Positions 18,354-27,941 of a DNA stretch of 64,000 nucleotides are shown here, piece by piece (the first letter of the stretch is position 1; each line of letters opens with the position of its first letter). Below the pieces are notes generated by a model. That model saw only the letters and a program-made list of their open reading frames with translations, had not been told where the DNA came from and did not search any database. The position numbers were made by a program, and so were the translations under genes. The stretch comes from an uncultured Chloroflexia bacterium (lineage in GTDB: Bacteria; Chloroflexota; Limnocylindria; Limnocylindrales; CSP1-4): positions 602,065-666,064 of the forward strand of contig CAWDXA010000011.1 in assembly GCA_963806175.1 (NCBI GenBank), read 5' to 3'.

Positions 18354-19274
18354 TCAGTGGCAGACCTTCGGATGCGGCGTGGGGTGCGCCGCGTCGTGGT
18401 CCGCCGCCGCCGTGCCGATCCGCGTGGCCACGACGATCAGCTTGTTCCTGGTGCCGTGCGGGCCTTCGGAGGTCTGCACCCAGAGCTGCTCGGTCTTCGC
18501 GCTGTAGGCGCCATCCAGGGTGTACACGTGCCGGCGCACCCGGACGATCCGGTAGGTCGACACGAGGTCGTTGCTGGTCCACACCCTGATGGTCATGCCG
18601 ATGAGGCTCGCGCCGTTCTTGACCTTCGAACGCTCGAGCAGCGGCAGGAACATTCCCGCACGGGCGTGGGCGTACAGGAAGGACACGCCGCCTTCACGTG
18701 GCTGGGAGAGCGAGGGGAAGTACATTGCCACGTTGCAGTACGGGTAGCCGCTCGGGCCACGGACCACCGGCAGGTCGATCTTGAGCGCCGGCATGGCGAT
18801 CCGTGTCGCGACCGGGAAGGTCAGCGGCGCGCAGCGGCCGAGCGCCCCGGTCCCGATCTTGATCGCGATGGCTCCGGTCCGGCCGTAGGCCCAGACGGAG
18901 TTCATGATCCGGGTCGACACCGCGGAGGTCTTCGAGACCGCGCCCGCGGCGTCGGTTACCGCGCCGGGGAGCCGGGTGATGACCTGTGGCGTGGCGCAGG
19001 ACCCGCGATAGGCGACGATCGGATAGGTCGTCGACGGCTGGAGTCCTCTCAGGTTGAGCTCGAGCGAGCCATCGCCCGCGACATAGCCGCGAAGGACGGC
19101 GGTGCCGTTGAGGCCGTTCGAGCCGACGTTGGCCGTCCACGTCCGTCGGACCGAGAACGCCGAGGCTGGTTGGGCGAACAGGCCGGCCAGGATCCCGGCC
19201 AGACCGAGGAGGACCAGGGCGCGGCGAACGAATCCGGGGCGGCGAATGGTCGTCTGCATGACCCAACCGTACAT
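18354..19274 (-). CDS. Secreted sortase-fold protein with Ser in place of the catalytic Cys, plus an N-terminal ~120-aa domain
   Basis: Its signal peptide ends ...LFAQPASA/FS. The sortase-like order of motifs is IDLPVV, YAHAR (His), LWVQTSEGP where TLxTC is expected (TCC codon at 18468-18470), and RNKLIVVA (Arg). Confidence 0.6.
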   Translation of the reverse strand: MYGWVMQTTIRRPGFVRRALVLLGLAGILAGLFAQPASAFSVRRTWTANVGSNGLNGTAVLRGYVAGDGSLELNLRGLQPSTTYPIVAYRGSCATPQVITRLPGAVTDAAGAVSKTSAVSTRIMNSVWAYGRTGAIAIKIGTGALGRCAPLTFPVATRIAMPALKIDLPVVRGPSGYPYCNVAMYFPSLSQPREGGVSFLYAHARAGMFLPLLERSKVKNGASLIGMTIRVWTSNDLVSTYRIVRVRRHVYTLDGAYSAKTEQLWVQTSEGPHGTRNKLIVVATRIGTAAADHDAAHPTPHPKVCH

Positions 19275-19372
19275 GACAGACGGCCCTGACAGCGGGGCAC
19301 GACCAAGTGCATCATCGCGGAACGGGACAATCCGACCCGACCAGCCCGACCTTTCGGCGGAGGCTCCTCCTG

Positions 19373-19974
19373 ATGTCTGACCACCTCCATCGATCGCGTG
19401 ACGATCGAATGCTCGCCGGCGTGGCGGGCGGTCTCGCCGAGATGTGGGACGCCGACCCGTCCCTCGTCCGGATCATCTGGGCATTGCTGGTCATCTTCAC
19501 CGGCGGCATCGCGCTGGTCGTCTACATCGTCATGGCCATCGTGGTTCCAGAGGACGACGACGAGGACGCCCGGTCGGCGCCGGCCTCGTTCGCTCCGCCG
19601 GCCGCGCAGGCGGGTGCCGCTTGGCCCGCGACGGCGCCCGATCCCGCGACCGCGCCCGGCCCGGGCCTCGGGCGGCTTCGCCGGAAGCCGGGCCCCCTCC
19701 GACGTACTGGATGCCCGGCACCCGTCCGTCGCGCGCCGACGAGCGCGCCGCCCGTCGCGCGGCCCGTCGCGAGTCGCGCCGTCGGGGCGACAGCTCCGCG
19801 CCGGCGGTGATCGGCGCGTTCCTGGTGCTCCTCGGCGGCTTCTTCCTCGCCCGGCAGTGGCTGCCCGAGCTGGACTGGAACTGGTTCTGGCCGACGATGC
19901 TGATCGCGCTCGGCGTGCTCCTCCTGGTGCTCGCCCTGGGTCGTCGACCGGACGACCATGGTGACCGGTCATGA
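19373..19974 (+). pseudogene. PspC-domain envelope-stress membrane protein, frame-shifted
   Basis: MSDHLHRSRDDRMLAGVAGGLAEMWDADPSLVRIIWALLVIFTGGIALVVYIVMAIVVP is the PspC domain. The C-terminal TM part (VIGAFLVLLGGFFLARQW...LIALGVLLLVLALG) is in the frame of ORF 19444..19974. The break is near 19680. Confidence 0.75.
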
Positions 19975-20936
19975 CGCGATCACGTCGCGGCTCGTTGATC
20001 GCCGCCACCTGGCTGATCGGCCTTGGCCTCGTCTTCCTGGTCCGGGAGGCGACCGACCTGTCGTGGTCCGAGGCCTGGCCGTTGTTCGTGATCCTGGGTG
20101 GGGCAGGTGCCTTCGTGTCGACCGCCGTCCGCGGACACCTCGGGATCGCGGGCATCTGGGCCTTCACCTGGCCGATCGCGTGGGTGGTCGTCGGCGCACT
20201 GCTCCTGCTCAGCACGACCGGAAACCTCGGCTCGGGACCCGGCGAGCTCATCTCGGACTGGTGGCCCCTGGCCCTCGTGGTCCTGGGGATCTGGTTCCTG
20301 ATCGGCGCCATCGTGCCGAGCTCCGGATCGGCGGAGGCGCTGGTCCTCCCCATCGGCGGCGCCACGAGCGCGAACGTGAGGATCCAGTACGGCGCGGGCG
20401 AGCTGACGACGCACGCGGCGGCTGCCGGCAATCTCGTCGACGGCCAGTTCGTCGGCGGCGTGTCGCACCGCAACGATGGCCCCGGACGCGTCGAGCTGCG
20501 CCAGGACACGAGCAACGGCTGGCCCTGGTTCGACCGGCGGTTCGCGTGGGACGTCGGGCTGACCGCCGAGCTGCCACTCGACCTTCGCGTGGACGGCGGC
20601 GCGACGCGCATGGTCCTCGACCTGCGCGATCTCAAGGTGCGAAGCCTTGAGCTGCACACCGGCGCCAGCGGCACGCGCGTGCTGCTGCCGCGCAGCGCCG
20701 GCGCAACGGCGGTCCGCGCCGAGAGCGGCGCCGCCGAGCTCGTGTTCGAGGTTCCGCCCGGCGTCGCGGCGCGGATCCGGAGCCGGATGGTGCTCGGCAG
20801 CACGCAGATCGACCAGGGTCGGTTCCCGCCGACCGCGGTCGGCTACGAGTCGATCGATTACGCGTCGGCTGAGAACCGCGTCGACATCGACGTCCAGGGC
20901 GGCGTCGGCTCGTTGAAGGTCGTGTCCGGCGTCTGA
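19971..20936 (+). CDS. LiaF-like membrane protein (N-terminal TM helices, C-terminal DUF2154/toastrack-like domain)
   Basis: ORF 19971..20936 starts with ATGA overlapping the pspC stop. It has 4-5 TM helices, then a beta-rich domain (LDLRVDGGATRMVLDL, LELHTGASGTRVLL, VDIDVQGGVGSLKVV). Confidence 0.75.
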   Translation: MTRSRRGSLIAATWLIGLGLVFLVREATDLSWSEAWPLFVILGGAGAFVSTAVRGHLGIAGIWAFTWPIAWVVVGALLLLSTTGNLGSGPGELISDWWPLALVVLGIWFLIGAIVPSSGSAEALVLPIGGATSANVRIQYGAGELTTHAAAAGNLVDGQFVGGVSHRNDGPGRVELRQDTSNGWPWFDRRFAWDVGLTAELPLDLRVDGGATRMVLDLRDLKVRSLELHTGASGTRVLLPRSAGATAVRAESGAAELVFEVPPGVAARIRSRMVLGSTQIDQGRFPPTAVGYESIDYASAENRVDIDVQGGVGSLKVVSGV

Positions 20937-21002
20937 TCGAGGCGGGATCGGGCCGATCCTCCGGCCGCCTTCCTCTGGTACTCTGCGGACGTCCTTTCAT
21001 GG

Positions 21003-21042
21003 CCGGTCCCGTGAGGCCGGCGTACCGGTCCCGTGAGGCCGG
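21003..21042 (+). promoter_or_regulatory. Two tandem copies of an 18-nt hairpin motif in the carA leader (candidate PyrR-type or other RNA-protein site)
   Basis: CCGGTCCCGTGAGGCCGG occurs at 21003-21020 and again at 21025-21042. A third partial copy, CCGGTCCCGT, is at 21111-21120. The loop UCCCGUGAGG resembles the Bacillus PyrR loop UCCAGAGAGG. Confidence 0.4.
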
Positions 21043-21060
21043 GAAGGAGGCTGATCGTCC

Positions 21061-21180
21061 GTGCCACCGCCGATCGGCGGACCGCGCCGCCGCGCCCGCC
21101 GCCAACGCGCCCGGTCCCGTTGGGTGCACGGTGAGCCCCCTTCCTCCGGCTCCTTGACGGGTCCCGACCTGCCCACGTGA
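21061..21180 (+). CDS. Candidate 39-codon upstream leader ORF, Arg-rich, translationally coupled to carA
   Basis: GGAAGGAGG (21042-21050) lies 10 nt before GTG 21061. The product is MPPPIGGPRRRARRQRARSRWVHGEPPSSGSLTGPDLPT. Its stop TGA 21178-21180 overlaps the carA GTG 21177 (GTGA). The composition could also be a high-GC artefact. Confidence 0.3.
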   Translation: MPPPIGGPRRRARRQRARSRWVHGEPPSSGSLTGPDLPT

Positions 21181-22334
21181 CCATCCCGCCGTCCCCGCGC
21201 GCCTCAGCCGTCGTCGACCCGCGGATCGGCGACCTCGGTCCGGCGCTGCTCGCGCTCGAGGATGGATCCGTCTTTCCGGCGATCGCCTTCGGGGCCGCGG
21301 CGTCCGTCGGGTGGCGACCTGGTGGTGAACACCAGCCAGACCGGCTACCAGGAGGTCTGCACCGACCCGTCGTATGCCGGCCAGGTCGTGGTCATGACCT
21401 ACCCGCTGATCGGCAACTACGGCCGGCTGCCTCGACGACGACCAGTCGCTCCGGCCCTGGCTCCGTGCCCTCGTGGTCGCCAATGCGACCGCGGCCGTCC
21501 TCGACGGCGCCCGCCAGCTGGCGGCGCTCCTGCGCAACAACGGGATCCCGGCGATCGCCGGCGTCGACACGCGGGCCCTCGCCCGCCACTTGCGGACGAA
21601 CGGCTGCCTGCGCGGGATCGTGACGTCGCCCGGCGACGTCGACCCTGCCGCGGCCGTCGATGCCGCGCGCGCGGTCGCCCGCTGGGAGGACCAGGACTTC
21701 GTGGGACAGGTGTCGCCGCCGCAGGTCACCGAGTATCCGGCCGACGGCCCCCGGCGGACCGCGGATCGGCATCGTGGACCTCGGACTGAAGGCCAACATC
21801 GTGCGGGCCATGCGGCATCGCGGCGCGAGCGTCCGGGTCTTTCCACACACGCGCGCCGCCCTCGGACGTCCTCTCCTCCGACATCGACGGGGTGATCCTG
21901 TCACCCGGTCCGGGCGATCCGGCCCGGCTCGAGGCGCAGGTTGCGCTCGCCCGCGCGGTGATCGCCGACGGGCGGCCGCTGCTCGGGCATCTGCCTTGGT
22001 CACCAGATCGTGGCGCGCGCCGCCGGCGCCGAGACGCGGCGCCTCCGGTTCGGTCACCACGGCGCGAACCATCCCGTCCAGGACGTCGAGCTCGGGCGGG
22101 TCCAGGTCACGGCCCAGAACCACGAGGTCCAGGTGGTCGGCGAGTCCGTGACGGCGAGCATCCGGCTTCCACGTGAGCCAGGTCAATCTCAACGACGGGT
22201 CGGTCGAGGGGCTCCGCCACCGCGAGCTCCCGATCGAGACGGTCCAGTACCACCCGGAGGGCGCGCCGGGCCCGCTCGACGCGCTCGAGGTGTTCGATCG
22301 GTTCGTGGCCGCGGCCCGGGAGCGGGCCGGATGA
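21177..22334 (+). pseudogene. carA: Carbamoyl-phosphate synthase small (glutaminase) subunit, at least 6 frame shifts
   Basis: [88 protein letters not shown], (C)[23 protein letters not shown] and [11 protein letters not shown] lie in six different frames. The breaks are at ~21312, ~21425, ~21750, ~21865, ~21985 and ~22155. Confidence 0.9.
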
Positions 22335-25300
22335 GCGGGCCGGGCCCGAAGCCCGCGTCCGTCCTGATCCTCGGTTCCGGCCCGGTCGTCATCGGCCAGG
22401 CCGCCGAGTTCGACTACGCCGGGACGCAGGCCTGCCGGGCGCTGCGAGCCGAGGGGATCCGGACGATCCTCGTCAACTCGAACCCGGCCACGATCATGAC
22501 CGACCCATCGGTCGCCGACGCCATCTACCTGGAGCCGTTGACCGTCGAGGTGGTCGAGGCCGTGATCGCCGCCGAGCGTCCGGAGGGATTGCTGGCCGGC
22601 CTGGGCGGACAGACCGCGCTCAACCTGACCGCGGCCATGGCCGACGCCGGCGTCTTCGCCCGCCATCCGATCCGGTTGCTCGGGACGCCCCTGGAAGCGA
22701 TCCGGATGGCCGAGGATCGTGAGGCGTTCCGCGACCTGCTGGACCGGATCGGCCAGCCGTACGCTCCCAGCCGGATCGTCGAGGGGGCGACGGCGGAGGA
22801 GCGGTCGGGCTCGGCCGACACGGCCCTCGCGGAGATCGGCCTGCCGGCGATCATCCGGCCCGCCTTCACGCTCGGCGGGACCGGCGGCGGCATCGTCGAG
22901 ACCGAGCCCGCGTTCCGGGAGCGGATCCGGGCCGGCCTCCGGGCGAGCCCGATCGGCCAGGTCATGGTCGAGCGCTACCTGACCGGCTGGCAGGAGATCG
23001 AGTACGAGGTGATGCGCGACGCGGACGACACCTGCATCGCCGTGTGCGGCATGGAGAACGTCGACCCGCTCGGCGTGCACACCGGCGACTCGATCGTGGT
23101 CGCGCCGATCCAGACGCTGACCGACGCGGTCCACCAGCGGCTCCGCAGCGCGGCGCTGGCGATCATCCGGGCGCTCGGTGTCGAAGGCGGCTGCAATGTC
23201 CAGTTCGCCCTGTCGCCGGACTCGACCGAGTACGCCGTGATCGAGGTCAACCCGCGCGTCTCGCGGTCGTCGGCCCTGGCCTCCAAGGCGACCGGTTACC
23301 CGATCGCCCGGGTTGCGGCGCAGATCGCGGTCGGCCGCCGGCTGGCCGAGATCCCGAACGTGGTGACCGGCACGACCGTGGCGGCCTTCGAGCCGGCGCT
23401 CGACTACGTCGTGGTCAAGCTGCCCCGCTTCCCGTTCGACAAGTTCCCGACCGCCGACCGGACGCTGGGCAGCCAGATGAAGGCCACCGGCGAGGTGATG
23501 GCCATCGACCGGACCTTCGGCTCGGCGCTCAACAAGGCGCTCCGTGGGCTCGAGCAGGCGGGCGTCGGGCCGCTCGCCGAGGACCCGTCATGGAGGGCCA
23601 CGTTCGACTACCTCGCCGCCGTCTACGCGCGACGACCAGGACGCGGACGAGCCGATCCGCTGGGTCGACGAGACGGGCGCCGCGTGCGAATCCACGCGCC
23701 ACGCGCAGCGTGCCGGGGCCCCGATCGTCCTGCGCCGGTTCCTGGAGCCGTCCGACAGCCGGCTGTGGCGGATCCTCGGGCTGATGCGCCGCGGCGTGCC
23801 GGAGGCCCTCATCGGCGAGGTGACCGGCATCGCGCCCTGGTTCCTCGGCGAGATGGGCCGCAACGTCGCCCTCGAGGGGGAGGCGCGGGCGGCCGGCGAA
23901 GGGCTCGCCAATGCCGGCGACCCGGCAGCCGCAGAGCTGCTCGCGACGCTCAAGCGGGCTGGGTTCGGCGATCGCGAGCTGGCCGGCCTGGCCGGCACGA
24001 GCCCGGCGGCGATCCGCGCCGCCCGCGTGGCCCTCGGGCTGCGGCCCGGCTACGCCATGGTCGACACCTGCGCCGCCGAGTTCGCCGCGGAGACGCCCTA
24101 CTTCTACTCGACCTACGCGGCCGCCGGATCGCCCCCGGAGGCGCCGCCGGTCGAGCGGGAGGCGGCGCTCGTGATCGGTTCCGGCCCGGTCCGGATCGGG
24201 CAGGGGATCGAGTTCGACTACTGCGCCGTCCAGGCGGCCGACACCCTTCGGAAGGCGGGCTGGCGGGCGGTCATGATCAACTCCAACCCCGAGACGGTGT
24301 CGACCGACTTCGACGCCAGCTCGCGCCTCTACTTCGAGCCGCTCGACCCGGAAAGCGTGCGCAACGTCATCGAAGCGGAGTCGCCCGACGGCGTCGGGCT
24401 GCTCCCCGCGGTGGTCGCCTACGGCGGCCAGACGCCGCTCAACCTCGCCAGCTCGCTGGCCGCCGACGGGGTGCCGCTGCTCGGCTCGGATCTCGAGGCC
24501 ATCGACCAGGCCGAGGAACGGACACGCTTCTCGGCCCTGCTCGACCGGCTCGGCATCCCGCAGCCCGAGGGTGGCATGGCCCACAGCGTCGAGGAGGCGC
24601 TGACCCTGGCCGATCGGATCGGGTACCCGGTCATCGTTCGGCCATCGTTCGTGATCGGCGGCCTCGCGATCGACTTCTGCTACTCGGCGTCGGACCTGGC
24701 CCGTCAGCTGGCGGCGGCCACGGTCGTCGACCCCGACCGGCCCGTCCGCATCGACCGCTACCTCGAGGGAGTCGAGGTCGACGTCGACGCCATCTCCGAT
24801 GGCCAGGTCGTGCTCATCCCGGGGCTCCTCGAGCACGTGGAGCGGGCCGGCGTCCACAGCGGCGACTCGGTCGGCATGTTCCCGCCGCAGACGGTCTCGA
24901 CCGGCGACCAGGAGCTGATCGTGGCGACGATGGAGCGGATCGCCCTGGCGCTCGGCGCGCGCGGGCTGGTGAATGCCCAGTTCATCGTCCGCGACGATGG
25001 CGTCTACCTGATCGAGGTCAACCCGCGGGCGTCGCGCACCGTGCCGTTCATGTCGAAGGTGACGGGCGTGCCGATGGTCGAGCTGGCGGTGCGGATCTCG
25101 CTCGGCGCGACCCTGCCCGAGCTCGGCTGGCAGGGCGGGCTGCTGGCTCCGCCGCAGCTGGTCGCCGTCAAGGCACCGGCCTTCTCGACCGCCAAGCTGC
25201 GCGGGGTGGATCCGTCGCTCGGCCCGGGCATGCAGTCGACCGGCGAGGTTATCGGGATCGCGACCGACCCGCGTGTCGCCCTGGCGAAGGCCCTGCTCGG

Positions 25301-25778
25301 CGCCGGGCTCATCCCGCCGCGTCCCGGCGCCGGCGGAACGGTCGCGCTGCTGTCGATCGCCGACCGCGACAAGGCGCTGCTGCCCCGGCTGGCGGCCGGC
25401 CTCGCATGACGCGGGCTACCAGTTGGCGGCGACCCCCGGGACGCGTGCCGCGCTGGCCGACGGCGGGCTTCGATTCCCGTCCGGTGGCGAAGCTCGGCGA
25501 CGCAGCCGACGACGGCATCGGCGAGGTCCCGATCCTCGACCTGATCCGCTCCGGGGAGGTGCGCCTCGTCGTCAACACGCCCACGCCGCGCTCCGGGGTG
25601 GTACGCGACGCGGCCGAGATCCGCCACGCCGCGACCGCCGAGGGGATCCTGTGCCTGACCGCGATCGAGACCGGCGGTCGCCGCCGCGGAGGCGCTCGAC
25701 CCGGCGATCGCCGAGCGGCTCGCCGAGGTCCGGTCGCTCGAGTCGTGGGTGCCGGCGGGGTCGGCCGTTCCCGCGTAA
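22331..25778 (+). pseudogene. carB: Carbamoyl-phosphate synthase large subunit, about 4 frame shifts
   Basis: ATG 22331 overlaps the carA stop (ATGA). [22 protein letters not shown], both ATP-grasp halves (second: [22 protein letters not shown]) and the MGS-like tail ...[10 protein letters not shown] are present. The breaks are at ~23600, ~25400, ~25465 and ~25675, and the stop is TAA 25776-25778. Confidence 0.95.
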
Positions 25779-25815
25779 CGGACGGCTCGTCCGGCCGCAT
25801 CCGGCCGCGTGCCGC

Positions 25816-27187
25816 TCAGCCGGCCGTATGCACCACGATCGCCTGGCCGAGCGACCAGAGGGTCAGCGTCGTCAGCCCGACCATCACGACGGCCAGCGGC
25901 AGCTGCAGCATCCGGAGCGCCCGCGAACCGAGTCCGGGCGCGGCCGACTCGGCGGCGACCACGTGACCGCCCCAGGCACCCAGCATGTGGCCGCCGACCA
26001 CGGCCGCGAGCTGGAGCGTCCAGATGAGACCGGGCGGCAGCCACGACCCGGTGGCGTGTAGAACGCGGTCCCGAACAGGTCCCAGCCCTTCTGGAAGCGG
26101 GTCGGACAGCGCGATGACGATCCGCTGGCCGTCGATGAGCAGGTACGTCAGGTAGTGCGCGATCAGGTACCCGAGTGCGATCGGCAGGAGCCCGGCACCG
26201 GTCGCCGCGAGGCCTACCGTCCGGGTCACCGCGAACGCGGCCACGACGATGATCCCGAGGAACGCCACGAGCAGGACGGTCTTCACGGCAGTGCCCGGCG
26301 CACCGAACAGGTCGAAGAAGATCTGCGTCTGGGACAGGCCGTCGAACAGGATCGAGCCGACGCCGAGCGCCACGAGCGTGACGTCGGCGCGCGACCAGCC
26401 CGGCTCGAGGAGCCCGCTGGCGAACGGCGCGGCGACGGACCCGCCCGTCCTCGTCGACGAGGGCGAACATGGCGCGAGCCGGCCGAGCAGGCGGAACCAG
26501 ACCGTGAACGCCTCCCCGTGCGCCCGCCACGCGTCGCGCCCGAACTGGGCCATCATCGCCAGCGTGTAGGCGGTGTAGCCGAGCGACCACCACGAACAGG
26601 GTCGACGGACCGGCGAGCGCGACGAGCTCGAGCCAGACGAAGCCGGCGAAGGCGACGATCGCCGGCCAGCGCCCGAGGCGCTCCGGGTAGTCGGCCGGCG
26701 CCCAGCCGGCCAGTCCGACGCGCCGGAAGGCCAGCGGCGCCGAGGTCGTGGAGCGTGGAGAACGGGTCGAGGAACTGCCAGATCGGGCCCACGACCGCCG
26801 AGACGATGGCCACGCCGACCCAGCCGTAGACCCACAGGAAGAGCGTCGCCACGCTGCCGTCGCTCGATCCGCCGGCGATCCCCTGGGCCATGATCCAGGC
26901 CCACCCGAGCAGGCCGACCACCCGGAGGACGACGCGCAGCGGCGCCGGGGGCAGCGCTGCCGGGACCGGTCGCCGGCGGGGCGGCCGCCCGGACGTCGCG
27001 AACGATCACGAACGCGAATGACAGGGCCACGGTCGTCGCGGCACCGACCAGGTAGACCGCCAGCGGCAGCCGGCTCTCGTACGTGGCGTTGAGGGTGTGG
27101 GCCGCGACCGATGCGGGCAGGACGAGCGCCAGGACGAGCGCGCCGGCGATCGCCGGCCGCGAGACGGCGAAGGCGATCGGCGATCAT
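25816..27187 (-). pseudogene. Polytopic membrane protein co-transcribed with CopC (copper-related partner, family unclear), several frame shifts
   Basis: ATG 27187 overlaps the copC stop (ATGA). The true frame reads ...IAGALVLALVLPASVAAHTLNATYESRLPLAVYLVGAATTVALSFAFVIV. Further TM pieces sit in the frames of ORFs 26553..26921, 25004..27187 and 25816..27030, and the protein ends ...[16 protein letters not shown]. Confidence 0.6.
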
Positions 27188-27819
27188 GCCGGACGGTTGC
27201 GCCGGACCAGGTAGACCACGCCGGCCGCGGCGACGATGAGCGCGATGACGATCGGCAGGATCACGTCCATGCCGCCGCTGCCCGCGTCAACCGGGGAGGC
27301 GGGCGACGGCGCGGGCGTGGCGGCGTCGGGCGTCGCCGGCGCGCTCGGGGGGTTCGTGCCTCGCCGGAGGGTTCGACGGTCGGGGCCGCCGATGCGTCGC
27401 GGCGGCCGACGCCGTGGCGGCGGCCGATGGACTCGAGCCGGCCGCCACGGTGAACGCGACGGTCCCGCGCAGCAGGTCACCGTCGTCGGCGATGCTCACC
27501 CACTCCACCGAGTAGTCCCCGGCCGCCAGCGACGACGGCAGGTCGATGGTCATCGTGCCCGCGTCGACGGTCGCCGACGCGATCAGCTGATGGCCCGGTC
27601 CGTAGAGGTCCGCCTTGCTGCCGATCGGCCAGCGACTCGGTGAAGGTCATCACGACGGGTCCGCTGAACGGCGACGGGACGACGGCGCCCTCCGCGGGAT
27701 CGGACGACTGGAGCTCGGAATGGGCGCTCACCGGCAGCGGGCAGCAGCAGGACGAGCAGCGCGGCTGCGAGGGCCAAGCTGGCCGAACGTCGGCACAGGC
27801 CGGTTGGGAGGGGCGACAT
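27184..27819 (-). pseudogene. copC: CopC-domain copper-binding protein with C-terminal TM anchor, about 3 frame shifts
   Basis: The signal MSPLPTGL...LLVLLLPA is followed by AHSELQSSDPAEGAVV (CopC N-terminal His), MTIDLPSSLAAGDYSVEWVSIADDGDLLRGTVAFTV, and the anchor ILPIVIALIVAAAGVVYLV. The pieces sit in ORFs 27583..27948, 27477..27731, 27287..27553 and 27184..27480. Confidence 0.75.
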
Positions 27820-27941
27820 CGCGAGGGAGTCTACGCAATAACGGCCAAGGTCGCTTGCGAACCGGACGGCGCCGGAGGCAGTACGATCGTCGCCAACCTG
27901 ACCCTCCGCGGCGGCCCACCGCCCCAACCCCGAGGTCCTGC

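Noticed and set aside
20945-20959. The hairpin GGATCG-GGC-CGATCC after the LiaF-like gene as a terminator.
   Set aside because: It has a 6-bp stem, a 3-nt loop and no U tract, so it is indistinguishable from chance GC-rich palindromes. It also overlaps the carA leader region discussed separately.
22010-25966. A single 1318-aa ORF that looks like one giant gene.
   Set aside because: It is a chimera. It combines the carA tail, the first third of carB, then long out-of-frame read-through of carB, and re-enters the true frame only briefly near 25470-25670.
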